From assembly GCA_964019335.1 (NCBI GenBank), contig OZ025680.1, positions 496,001-560,000 on the forward strand: a stretch of 64,000 nt of DNA, read 5' to 3'. The translations under genes and the position numbers were made by a program. Source of the DNA: Diplonema japonicum (lineage: Eukaryota; Protista; Euglenozoa: Diplonemea). Of this stretch, positions 42,434 to 51,799 are shown one piece after another (positions within the stretch are counted from its first letter, which is position 1; each line of letters opens with the position of its first letter). The notes under the pieces were generated by a model. That model saw only the letters and a list, made by a program, of their open reading frames with translations. It made no database searches and was not told the DNA's origin.

Positions 42434-43690
42434 ATGAATGTCCAGATGGTTGCGAAGATGGTGGTGATAGCTGTGGGCTGCTTTTTCACGTTTCACGGAT
42501 CACACGAACGGCTCACCGATCTCGACTACTCGTCGAGGGCAGGGTACAAAGGGAATGTGGAGGGAGTGCGCGCAACGTTGAGATATATGCAGGAGAATAA
42601 TTTGGAGCCTCAAAACGTGGCGTACGTGGGGCGGCATGCTTCAAGGTTCGCAACGAATGACAAGAGCTGCCAGCAGGCAGGAGAAGGGTTACAGGAAAAG
42701 TGGACGTGCCCGATGGATGAGGCGGAGGTGTCAAAATACGACAGTATCACGGAGAAGGGGAAGGGAGAGGCACGCGGCATCGGGACACGAGTTGGGGAGC
42801 TGCTCCAAAAGGTGGTTGGGGGACGAAAGGTCGTTGTGCAGACGACGGCAAAGAGAAGGACAAAACAGACTGCATCCCAGTTTCTCAAGGGGGCTGGGCT
42901 CGAGGTTTCTGAGAGCGACTTTGTGTTTTCAGAGCTACATAATGACCGCGATCTACGGTTCTTCGACGTTTGTAACAATTACAACAAACTGTGGGAGAAG
43001 CGTGACCCAGCAGACCCCAACACGAAGCCCCTCAAAACCTTCGAAGACACCGTCCTTCCGAAAGTGGTCTCGAGTGTCGCTGCAAACATCCCGTTCAAGG
43101 ATCTGACTCGCAAGCAGGCAGAAGCCATCTACAAGGAGTGCGGCTACAAGTGGATGCTAGAGGAACCTTCGCGTCGTGACGAGCACAACAGCGTTCTGTG
43201 TGATGTGTTCAGCAAGACCGACTTCAACGCCTTTTCGTGGCACAAGGACATCAAGGAGTACTACAAGAAGGGTCCTGGGAGCAGAAAGTACAACGGCGTG
43301 CAGATTAGCTGCGGAACCATGCAGAAGCTACTGAAAGGCCTCGAGAAAGGTACAACGGTCAACTTGTTCTTTGCTCACGCTGAGACGCTTGTTCCAATGT
43401 ACTCTCTTCTTGGACTCTTTTCGAACCTTCCTCCGCTCCCCCCCGTCTCCCCTGCCCCCTCTGAAGCAACTGACACCACAAACTGGCGCTTGTCGCGTGT
43501 TTGTCCCATGGCCTCCAACCTCATCGTCATTCTCACCAACACGCAGGAGCTTCTTCTCCTGCACGATGAAACACTCGTTCCGTGGGAGATAGGTACTGGG
43601 TGTGAGGGGCGCTTCAGATGCCATATAAACACTGTGAAGCAAGCACTTGCTGCTGAGGTGTGCGACTGGGATGTGTTGTGCAATGACTGA
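42434..43690 (+). CDS. Histidine acid phosphatase, MINPP1 / phytase-like, probably secreted
   Basis: RHASRF (RHGxRxP-like), LRFFDVC, YYKKGPG and FAHAETL (HAE, typical of MINPP1); N-terminal hydrophobic segment. Confidence 0.88.
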   Translation: MNVQMVAKMVVIAVGCFFTFHGSHERLTDLDYSSRAGYKGNVEGVRATLRYMQENNLEPQNVAYVGRHASRFATNDKSCQQAGEGLQEKWTCPMDEAEVSKYDSITEKGKGEARGIGTRVGELLQKVVGGRKVVVQTTAKRRTKQTASQFLKGAGLEVSESDFVFSELHNDRDLRFFDVCNNYNKLWEKRDPADPNTKPLKTFEDTVLPKVVSSVAANIPFKDLTRKQAEAIYKECGYKWMLEEPSRRDEHNSVLCDVFSKTDFNAFSWHKDIKEYYKKGPGSRKYNGVQISCGTMQKLLKGLEKGTTVNLFFAHAETLVPMYSLLGLFSNLPPLPPVSPAPSEATDTTNWRLSRVCPMASNLIVILTNTQELLLLHDETLVPWEIGTGCEGRFRCHINTVKQALAAEVCDWDVLCND

Positions 43691-43784
43691 GTCTAGCAAG
43701 CAATTATTCGTTTTTAGAGATTTGCATATTTTGGGTTTTTAATAAGAACCTTTGTTCTCAAAGTGCACTGTCTATCACAGGGAT

Positions 43785-46007
43785 ATGTCTTCTGACGACC
43801 AGCATGGCACAGGGGCCGCTGATGTTGAGTACAAGATCCAAGAATATGAAGGCGTGAAGCAGAGATGTGCAGAGCTGGAGAACACAATGAAAGAGTTCTG
43901 CACTTCTGCCAGCTGGGTGACGGAGATGAGAGAATGGGTCGGGCAGAGCTTGGAGAAAATACAAGTGATGAGGGAAGAGTGTCAAGAGTCGTTGGAGAAG
44001 ATGGAGAAGGCGGTGGCTGTACCGCAAGGTACTTACTGGTCCACGAAGATGCTCTCAAGGCACTGCTCTCTGATGCTTGATGAGAAAAGACTGATAAGAA
44101 AGGACGGGAACGTTCTGCCCAAGAACAACCCTTCGTGGGCAGACGTCATCAAGCTCACATCAACACTCACGAATCTTAAGACGAAAGGCTTCGTCACAAA
44201 GAAGCAGGCTGTGTTCATTGAAGCTGTCGAGGAGCACCTGAAGGGGGTGTTCTTCGAGGGGAAGGAACTTCGTAGGATCACTGAAGCCCTTGCGACAAAG
44301 CTGTCCGAGGAAATCGAACAGCAGACCATCACCGCTGACCTCACTAAGCACGAGCACGTCATTTCCGATCTTGTCCCCGACCTTGAGAACTGCGAGAACC
44401 TCTTAGAGGCCGCCCTGCTGAACGGGGACATGGCCCTCGCGGAGGAGATCTCATACAATCAGATCGCACTCCACGAGAGACTGCTGAGAATCGTGCAAGA
44501 GCAGTACCCCATCATCAGAAAGCGCCAGGAAGACTCACGAGAGTTCAAGCGGAGAAGGCGCTGGGCGATCTTCAGGATGGCAAACAGGGACGTCGCCTCT
44601 GTCGTAGAATTGAAGTACAGACAGATCGAGGCCTGTGAGGATGACATTCAGAAGATCAAGACGCAAGTTGCTAACTACTCGCAGGACGACCTCGGGCAGC
44701 GCAGGCGGTACGACTTGGACAAGGCAGAGTCTGATAAGTTCCTTTCTGAGAACGCTGCACATCAGGATTCTTTGTGGAAGAAAGTCAGTGACCTGTGCAC
44801 AGAGCTGCAATCCACGCAGAAGGAGCTAGCCGACCTTGTGGAACAACGTAAAAAGGAGTTGAATCGCCGATCGGTGCTCAGGGAGAAGGAAGAGGGGAGG
44901 CGCTCTGGCCACCTGGCATTCTTGAACGTGGCGGAGGTGTACCTGGGAAACCTCAACGCGACAATAGAGAACTCTGAGAAGGCAAAGGACATCTGCAAGG
45001 CGATAAACGATTTCATTCTAGACGGCTGTGACTCGGTGGCGCTCAAGTTCGACCGCACAGAGTCTGTGCTCGCAGAGATGGCCACTCGTGTGAACAGGCA
45101 ATACTTGAAGCAGTTCACCGACTACTACTTAGCCGTGGGGCGCCTGCACCATAGAAAACACAAAAAGCGTGCTTTGCTCGAGGCCTCTATATCCGAGCAT
45201 CACGTCCGGCTGGAGCTGGCTCTGGACAGCATCGATCCTCTAGCCAAGAAGCACGCAGAGGCAAAGGCTTCGGCATTGGAGCAAAGAAAGTCACTGGATC
45301 ACGAGATGGAAGCGCTGCACACGAAGATGGTGTCGTCTAGCAAAGCGTTCGAGGAGGTGGCAGACTCTTTGCGAAGCCTCAACATACCCTTCGTGCACCC
45401 GGAGGTGATCCTGCAGAAGTCTTGCGACGACCGCAACGAGAAGATCCTCGACTACAGAGACCTCGTCAACACAACAGAAGCGAAGCAGGAGCAGCTACTA
45501 GAGGAAGAGGCAACTCAGCTTTCGAAAGAGAAAGAAGCTCACACCATAAAGGTGCGCGCAGCGCAGAGTCAGAAGGCAGCTGCGAAAGGGCTGCACCCTA
45601 TACCCCCCATGGGGGCTGGGTCCAACAGGGCTCTGGCTAAGTACCACGCGGCGTCCTTCTCGAGATACAAAAATCTGTGCGACACGGTGCTGACGCAGGA
45701 TGAGGTAGAGGCTGCAGAGGTAGAGCAACAAGCGGCTGCAAGCACCGAGGCAGCAACCATGGTCACGGCCCCCCCTCACCCGACACACAAACCCAATCTG
45801 CCGGAACGCATCGAAGGGCGTGTTGTGATGGCAGTATACCCCTTCCGCGCCACCTCCAGCGACGAACTGACCTTCAACAAAGGTGAGCGGATAGTCGTAA
45901 TCAACGAAGGAACAGAAGACGGATGGCACTACGGCATCTGCAATCAAAGGACTGGTCTCTATCCATCCAACTACGTCACGCTGGCACCTGAAGAGCTGGA
46001 GTACTGA
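43785..46007 (+). CDS. Paraflagellar rod family protein with C-terminal SH3 domain (PFR5/PFR6-like)
   Basis: Long coiled coil with a PFR-type end (DPLAKKHAEAK..IPFVHPEV); SH3 domain AVYPFRATSSDELTF..GW..GLYPSNYV. Confidence 0.85.
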   Translation: MSSDDQHGTGAADVEYKIQEYEGVKQRCAELENTMKEFCTSASWVTEMREWVGQSLEKIQVMREECQESLEKMEKAVAVPQGTYWSTKMLSRHCSLMLDEKRLIRKDGNVLPKNNPSWADVIKLTSTLTNLKTKGFVTKKQAVFIEAVEEHLKGVFFEGKELRRITEALATKLSEEIEQQTITADLTKHEHVISDLVPDLENCENLLEAALLNGDMALAEEISYNQIALHERLLRIVQEQYPIIRKRQEDSREFKRRRRWAIFRMANRDVASVVELKYRQIEACEDDIQKIKTQVANYSQDDLGQRRRYDLDKAESDKFLSENAAHQDSLWKKVSDLCTELQSTQKELADLVEQRKKELNRRSVLREKEEGRRSGHLAFLNVAEVYLGNLNATIENSEKAKDICKAINDFILDGCDSVALKFDRTESVLAEMATRVNRQYLKQFTDYYLAVGRLHHRKHKKRALLEASISEHHVRLELALDSIDPLAKKHAEAKASALEQRKSLDHEMEALHTKMVSSSKAFEEVADSLRSLNIPFVHPEVILQKSCDDRNEKILDYRDLVNTTEAKQEQLLEEEATQLSKEKEAHTIKVRAAQSQKAAAKGLHPIPPMGAGSNRALAKYHAASFSRYKNLCDTVLTQDEVEAAEVEQQAAASTEAATMVTAPPHPTHKPNLPERIEGRVVMAVYPFRATSSDELTFNKGERIVVINEGTEDGWHYGICNQRTGLYPSNYVTLAPEELEY

Positions 46008-46316
46008 TATTATCTCTCTATTCCTCACATCTAGTTTCCACTACGATGACATTGAGGACACACCCCATCCTGTGGAAGGAGCAGATTTTTTTCTTCATGA
46101 AGTGCACGCCCTTCAGCCCCTGCACAACGATCCCTTCAAATCCCTTTAAAGTAATGTTAATAGAACCCACTCATCCCCTCCTCCCCCCTTTTTCCCCCAG
46201 TAAGGGCACCACCCAACATTGCCTCCTCTATCTCAAAGTGAGAAAAAGAAATAAAAAAAATTTTTTTCCACCACAATTATTCCGCGTACTCCAGCAGGAG
46301 GTGGGGAAATGGTAGG

Positions 46317-46916
46317 ATGAGGGTGGTACTGCTGGTGTTATTGAGACTATACGGGGTGGTTGCGGTAACCCCTACAGTCACAGTGACCACAAGCACGATT
46401 ATATTTGATGAGTGTGACGGCTTCGATGTGAGGATAGGAAGTGCGATGTGTACAGGGGAGTTGTGCCAAGGGGTTGCGACAGGCGTCAGAAGGAAGTACA
46501 CGGAGTACTTGCCTTCCAACAGTACAGTGTTCAATGTTCTTGATCTTCTGAACGTGACCTCTCCCTGCGAAGCGTCCTTCGTACTGTCGAACAGCAGCCT
46601 CTTCTTATGCCCGGGCAACCTCACGGAGCCTATCTGCATTGCGGCCTCTTCATCTTCTTCTTCCTCCTCGTCCACGACGCTTGTTATTGTCATGGTCCTC
46701 CTCGCCTTTGTTGTTGTCGGCCTGTGTATTGCCTTCCTTGTATACAAGTTCGTGCTATACCCCAATGACCCGGGTGCCCTCTCCCTTGCCTCGTCCCCTG
46801 CACTGATGGACATGCGCGAGGTCGACAAGGCGCAAAAAGAGAAAATAGAAACTTATTACGCTGCGCGCGGTGAAGTGAGCGACAAAGAGCAGGCCATGCT
46901 CCAAAATATGTTGTAG
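46317..46916 (+). CDS. Hypothetical type I single-pass membrane protein
   Basis: Signal peptide, six-Cys ectodomain, poly-Ser linker, one TM helix and a short tail. Confidence 0.7.
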   Translation: MRVVLLVLLRLYGVVAVTPTVTVTTSTIIFDECDGFDVRIGSAMCTGELCQGVATGVRRKYTEYLPSNSTVFNVLDLLNVTSPCEASFVLSNSSLFLCPGNLTEPICIAASSSSSSSSSTTLVIVMVLLAFVVVGLCIAFLVYKFVLYPNDPGALSLASSPALMDMREVDKAQKEKIETYYAARGEVSDKEQAMLQNML

Positions 46917-46946
46917 CAATAGAAACCAAACATTTAGAAGAATTTA

Positions 46947-48335
46947 CGTCCCGCATTTTCATTGGACATCTGACGGCTGTCTCAACAGGGAGGCCGTATT
47001 TCTTTTTTTCTCCTTTTTTTTCCCCTTTGCACGAGTAACAGTAGGATTTGATCTTTTTTATTTATCCCCTAAACGCCCGGAGCCTATCTACGGTACCCCC
47101 CCATTTTCGTTGTTGCTTTAAATACTCAAAAAGGCATATGCAAAACGTGTTTTTTACCCTTGCATGCTACCCCAGCTGGAAAAAAATCTCACAAGTTGCT
47201 TTTTTCATCCCACAGCCCCAAAAAGTCTCACTGGGGCACCAAATAGGGCTGAATGCTGCCCTTTTTAGCCCATAACTCCACGGACCCCCCACGACAAGAC
47301 CCCCAAAATCGGGACATAAAAAGTACACCTTCAATCCCCCTCTTACACACATAGTTAAGTGTTCTCATCTGAATCTGGCACCTGGAATTGAAAATTTTAG
47401 TACCGTTTACCCTTTCCTTGCACCTTCCTATGGTTGCATGCTGCCCTTTTTTTGAGTATTAGCGATTACCTTGATGCCCACCGAGTTGCTTTTTCGTGGT
47501 GCCATGACTTTTATTGTTGTCGGGATAACACAACAGACAACCACTTGCCAGGGGTCCGCACAGTCCTACACCGGTTGACAATGATGTAGTACCGCGTGTG
47601 TAAAAAAAAAAGATTAAAAACACCCTCCTCATTGGCCGCTTCACCTAGAGGTGTCCTAAGCCCACCTTTTTACGGAAATGATATGTTTCGGGCCTTTGGG
47701 AGTATTTCTCCCACCCAAGCATCGTTTCCGGCCCCTCTTTGACCGCCTCATCGTCTTTTTCTTCTTTTTCTGACCAGTCGGGGGAGACTCACGTTTTCGC
47801 TGCTATTTTGACCATCTGATTTCATTTTAAGCCAACCCTGCCGGTTTCAATTAAAACAAAACTTTTAACGCAAAATGTAGTTCCGAGACAAAATAAACCG
47901 CGCAACAACGCCATATTTTGAAGTCCAGGGGCCGTGTTCAAAAAAAAGTACTTAGCGAAAAAGCAAATTTTGAAATAAGGACAAAAACGTCCGCGCGGGC
48001 GTTTAGGGGTTATTTTATATCTCTTGTTCTTTTATGTGTATTACATTGCCGCTTTTTTTTATTGTTGCTCTTCCTGCATCATGCATTGCTGACAGTGCCC
48101 TCACTTATTTAACACCCAATATCTCTAAAACCGGTCTAGTCAATCCTGGACATGCTCTAAGAGGGCCATAGAGGGATTTTTCGAAAAGTCTTCCTAAGGT
48201 TGCTGTGAATCGTTGGAAAAAATAAATTGTGGTCACCCCTTTACACTCGTGGCAAGGTGTGGTATTTTTTTTTGGGGGGGGGATTTCTACCTCTCGACAC
48301 ATGGAAGCTAAACGGGTTTTAGAGAATATGAGACG
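46947..48335. mobile_element. Possible old non-autonomous TIR element with TTA target duplication
   Basis: TTA|CGTCCCGCATTTTC ... GAGAATATGAGACG|TTA. The TIRs match at 10/14 positions and all mismatches are transitions. The right end resembles that of the 8796-10559 element. The interior is non-coding. Confidence 0.4.
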
Positions 48336-48388
48336 TTAAAAAAAAAAAAAAATAAATAAATAAAAAGTATTAAAAAAAAAAAGGGAAG

Positions 48389-49048
48389 ATGTGCAAATCG
48401 ATATTCAAGCACGCTGGGCGGAAGGCCCTGGACCAGATCCTAAAGATGGAGTTGATAGAGAACGCATCCCCGCCCGCTATCATCAACCTGTGGTACACCC
48501 ACCACGAGATGATGATGCAGTACTGGGGGAGGGTCCTGTCAGGTGACGCGTACGACGCCATGTATCCAAGGCTGAAGGCGAACCCGTACTTCGTAGTGCC
48601 GGTGTTCAGGGACAAGGGGTTATTCAATGTTGTGACGAACTTCAAGACGGACGAAGACATTGTGCTGTGCTGCCCGTTGGGGGAGTGGCAGGAAAAGCAG
48701 GATCACGCCTCCGTGCACATGACCATACAGTTCTTCACAGAACTGAAGCAGTCGAAGAACCTTGTCCTTGTCCGGTGTGAGCTGCAGGACAACCACATGA
48801 CGAAGCAGGATGCCATGTTTGTGACGCACTGCCTGATGAAGTACTACACTATGCCCAAACAGTTCGAGTTCGTTGAGACCTTCAACAAGAACCCTTCGCA
48901 GTTCAATTACCACAACTACCTCCGTGCCATGAAGCTCGACGCAGAGGCAAACACGGGCAAGGGCGGGAACATCGAAATCCTCGAAGAGAAAAAGACCTGG
49001 CTTACAGACGCGTACAAAAAGCCCCCCCCGACTGCATCGTCGGCGTGA
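48389..49048 (+). CDS. ATP11: Mitochondrial F1-ATPase assembly factor ATP11 (ATPAF1)
   Basis: LDQILKMELIE..IINLW..H, NPYFVVPVFR, FFTEL..KNLVLVR and VETFNKNPSQFNY motifs. Confidence 0.88.
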   Translation: MCKSIFKHAGRKALDQILKMELIENASPPAIINLWYTHHEMMMQYWGRVLSGDAYDAMYPRLKANPYFVVPVFRDKGLFNVVTNFKTDEDIVLCCPLGEWQEKQDHASVHMTIQFFTELKQSKNLVLVRCELQDNHMTKQDAMFVTHCLMKYYTMPKQFEFVETFNKNPSQFNYHNYLRAMKLDAEANTGKGGNIEILEEKKTWLTDAYKKPPPTASSA

Positions 49049-49202
49049 GAGATCCCAACGTGGCTGAGACCCGTATCAAGGAGACATCAGAGACAGGGTG
49101 TGAAGGGAGGGTTTCTTTTTATATTTCATCCGTTGAGTTTTTTATTTCCTCTTTTTTTTTTTCCATCTCCAGTCATCAACAACAGGCGGTCAACCAGCAG
49201 CA

Positions 49203-50210
49203 ATGTCGATCGTGCAAGAGGAGGTCCACACGGAAGAGAACCCGGCAACCGAGACACCTGAAGCCGAAGAAGAAAAAGCGAAAAAACCAGTGCGTGCCTT
49301 GGTGGTGCTAGTGGGGGAGAAAAAGAAGAATTCTGAAAAAGGGGAAGAAGAAGAAGAAGAAGATGAGGAGCCCGGGAGGAGGGTGTTCTTGGGGAACCTG
49401 CCTGAAAGCGCATTGCGGTCTGAGGTGATATCCTTCTTGGGTGACATGATGAAGAACGTGGTGATGGTGAAGATGGCGAGGGACAGGGCAGACCGCAAGG
49501 TACACAGGGGGTATGCCTTTGTCACGTTCAAGTCGAAGGAGCAAGCCGACGAAGCGGTGGAGGAGCACAACAACACATATTGGCGGCGTGGGCCGGAGAA
49601 GAACGACCGTAGCAGAAAGGTCAACGCGCAGATATCACCTTTCTTCACTGCGAGGGGGAAGTGCTTCTACTGTGGGTCCAAAGACCACACGAAGGATACC
49701 TGCACACGTAGTGTGAAGGGCTTCGCAGGATCAACGTGCTACCGTTGTGGACTGACAGGGCACATTGTCAAGGACTGCCCGAAGGTCGCAGAAATCAAAA
49801 AAAGAAAAGCAGAAGAAGAAAAAGAACGCCTCAACGACGCATCTGGGAGGGCAGCCGCAGGACACCATGGCTCTTGGGACTCCGATGCCAAGAGGCAGCG
49901 AACCAGCACATGGACAGAACCCGAGCCCACTGTGAACGAAACAGAGAAACCCGCCGAAGCCGCAACAAACCAGCCAGAGGGAAAACCCCCTGGGCACATG
50001 TCGAGGCGGGAGAAAGCAAGGGCGGAAAACACCGTGTGGAAGAATAATTCATGGAAACAAAACCAGTGGTCCAGCTGGGAGAACAGCAACAACAACAGTA
50101 CCAGCACCGGGTCTACGTCAACAAAAGGGAAGACCCTGGGGCAGCTCTCCAAAGAAAGGCGAGGCAAGTCTGAAAATACCGTGTGGATAAATAAGGAGAA
50201 AAGGTGGTAA
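49203..50210 (+). CDS. RNA-binding protein with one RRM and two CCHC zinc knuckles
   Basis: RNP2 VFLGNL and RNP1 RGYAFVTF; knuckles CFYCGSKDHTKDTC and CYRCGLTGHIVKDC. Confidence 0.9.
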   Translation: MSIVQEEVHTEENPATETPEAEEEKAKKPVRALVVLVGEKKKNSEKGEEEEEEDEEPGRRVFLGNLPESALRSEVISFLGDMMKNVVMVKMARDRADRKVHRGYAFVTFKSKEQADEAVEEHNNTYWRRGPEKNDRSRKVNAQISPFFTARGKCFYCGSKDHTKDTCTRSVKGFAGSTCYRCGLTGHIVKDCPKVAEIKKRKAEEEKERLNDASGRAAAGHHGSWDSDAKRQRTSTWTEPEPTVNETEKPAEAATNQPEGKPPGHMSRREKARAENTVWKNNSWKQNQWSSWENSNNNSTSTGSTSTKGKTLGQLSKERRGKSENTVWINKEKRW

Positions 50211-50411
50211 AAAGAAAAATAAGACGAGGGGGGTTTTTTTTCGACATAAGATAGGGAATGGAAAGAACTAACAGAAAAAGAAAGAGAAGATTCAAAAGAA
50301 GAAGACGAGAAGGGAAAAAAAAAAAAAAAAGCTATATCAAGCAAGCACCTCATTCATGTTTCTTTTATCGGTTGTCAGTACGAATCATATCAGCTTTCTT
50401 CAGGATATATT

Positions 50412-50444
<33 letters not shown>

Positions 50445-50451
50445 ACCAGCT

Positions 50452-51636
50452 ATGTCTCACCGTAAGTTCGAGCAGCCCCGTCACGGTCATTTGGGATACC
50501 TTCCCCGCAAGAGGTGCCGCCACGTGAGGGGCCGTGTCAGGTCCTTCCCTGTGGACGATGCCACCCAGGCCCCCCACCTGACCGCCTTCATGGCGTACAA
50601 GGCGGGTATGACCCACATCGTGCGTGACCTTGACCGTGCCGGGTCCAAGATGCACAAGAAGGAGGTCTGCGAGCCCGTGACCATCGTGGACTGCCCCGAG
50701 ATGGTTGTTGTGGGTATCGTTGGTTACAAGCCCACCGCCAGGGGTCTCAGGGCCGTGTCCACTCTGTGGGCCCAGAAGCTCTCCGACAGCATGCTGAGGA
50801 GGTACTACAAATCTTGGTACGCCGCCAAGAAGAAGGCCTTCACCAAGTACACTTCCAAGTTCGAGGAGAACAAGGAGGCCAGGGAGACCATGTACAGCCG
50901 CATTGAGAAGAACGCCACCGTCCTCAGGGTGCTCGCCCACACTCAGCCCAACAAGCTGAAGCTCGGCAGCAAGAAGGCCTACGTCGCGGAGATCCAGATC
51001 AACGGCGGGTCCATGGCCGACAAGTTGAAGTTCGCCCAGGGCCTCCTCGAGCAGCAGGTTACCGTTGGCCAGGTCTTCAAGGAGTCCGAGAGGTGCGACG
51101 TCATCGCCGTCAGCAAGGGTCACGGTATGGAGGGTGTGACCCACAGGTGGGGTGTGTCCCGTCTGCCCAGGAAGTCCCACAGAGGTCTGAGGAAGGTCGC
51201 CTGTATCGGTGCCTGGCATCCGTCCCGTGTGGCCTACACGGTGGCCCGTGCCGGTCAGAACGGGTTCCACCACAGGACTGAGCTCAACAAGAAGATCTAC
51301 AAAATGGGTGAGGCCGCCGCCAAGTGCGAGAAGGGTAACGCCACCACCTCCATGGACATCACCGAGAAGCACATCACCCCCCTGGGCGGCTTCCCCCACT
51401 ACGGTGTCGTCAACAACGAGTACGTCATGCTCAAGGGCTCCGTCCCCGGGCCTGTCAAGCGTGTCCTCACCCTTCGCCGCCCTCTCGCCCCCCAGACCAG
51501 CAGGGCCGCCCAGGAGCAGGTCTCCCTCAAGTTCATCGACACTAGCTCCAAGCAGGGTCACGGTCACTTCCAGACCCAGGCCGAGCGTGCCAAGTTCATG
51601 GGCACCAGGAAGAAGGACATCCAGAACTCGGCCTAG
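50452..51636 (+). CDS. RPL3: 60S ribosomal protein L3 (uL3)
   Basis: [21 protein letters not shown] start, [12 protein letters not shown] and KFIDTSSK motifs; strong codon bias. Confidence 0.98.
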   Translation: MSHRKFEQPRHGHLGYLPRKRCRHVRGRVRSFPVDDATQAPHLTAFMAYKAGMTHIVRDLDRAGSKMHKKEVCEPVTIVDCPEMVVVGIVGYKPTARGLRAVSTLWAQKLSDSMLRRYYKSWYAAKKKAFTKYTSKFEENKEARETMYSRIEKNATVLRVLAHTQPNKLKLGSKKAYVAEIQINGGSMADKLKFAQGLLEQQVTVGQVFKESERCDVIAVSKGHGMEGVTHRWGVSRLPRKSHRGLRKVACIGAWHPSRVAYTVARAGQNGFHHRTELNKKIYKMGEAAAKCEKGNATTSMDITEKHITPLGGFPHYGVVNNEYVMLKGSVPGPVKRVLTLRRPLAPQTSRAAQEQVSLKFIDTSSKQGHGHFQTQAERAKFMGTRKKDIQNSA

Positions 51637-51799
51637 AGAACTGCTGTTGTTTTTTATCAATTATTTTATCTTTTCGCATTACCCTGCCTCCCGTCCCCCC
51701 TTTTTTTAAGCGATTCGCTTCAATTACGGTATTTCTCTCTCTTTTATTTTTTTAAATAATCCCTTGTTCCGACATTACCATTAAGGAGGGTATCATAAC

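Noticed and set aside
50365-51660. 431-aa antisense ORF over RPL3
   Set aside because: Expected shadow of strong codon bias in a highly expressed gene; it has no independent motifs.
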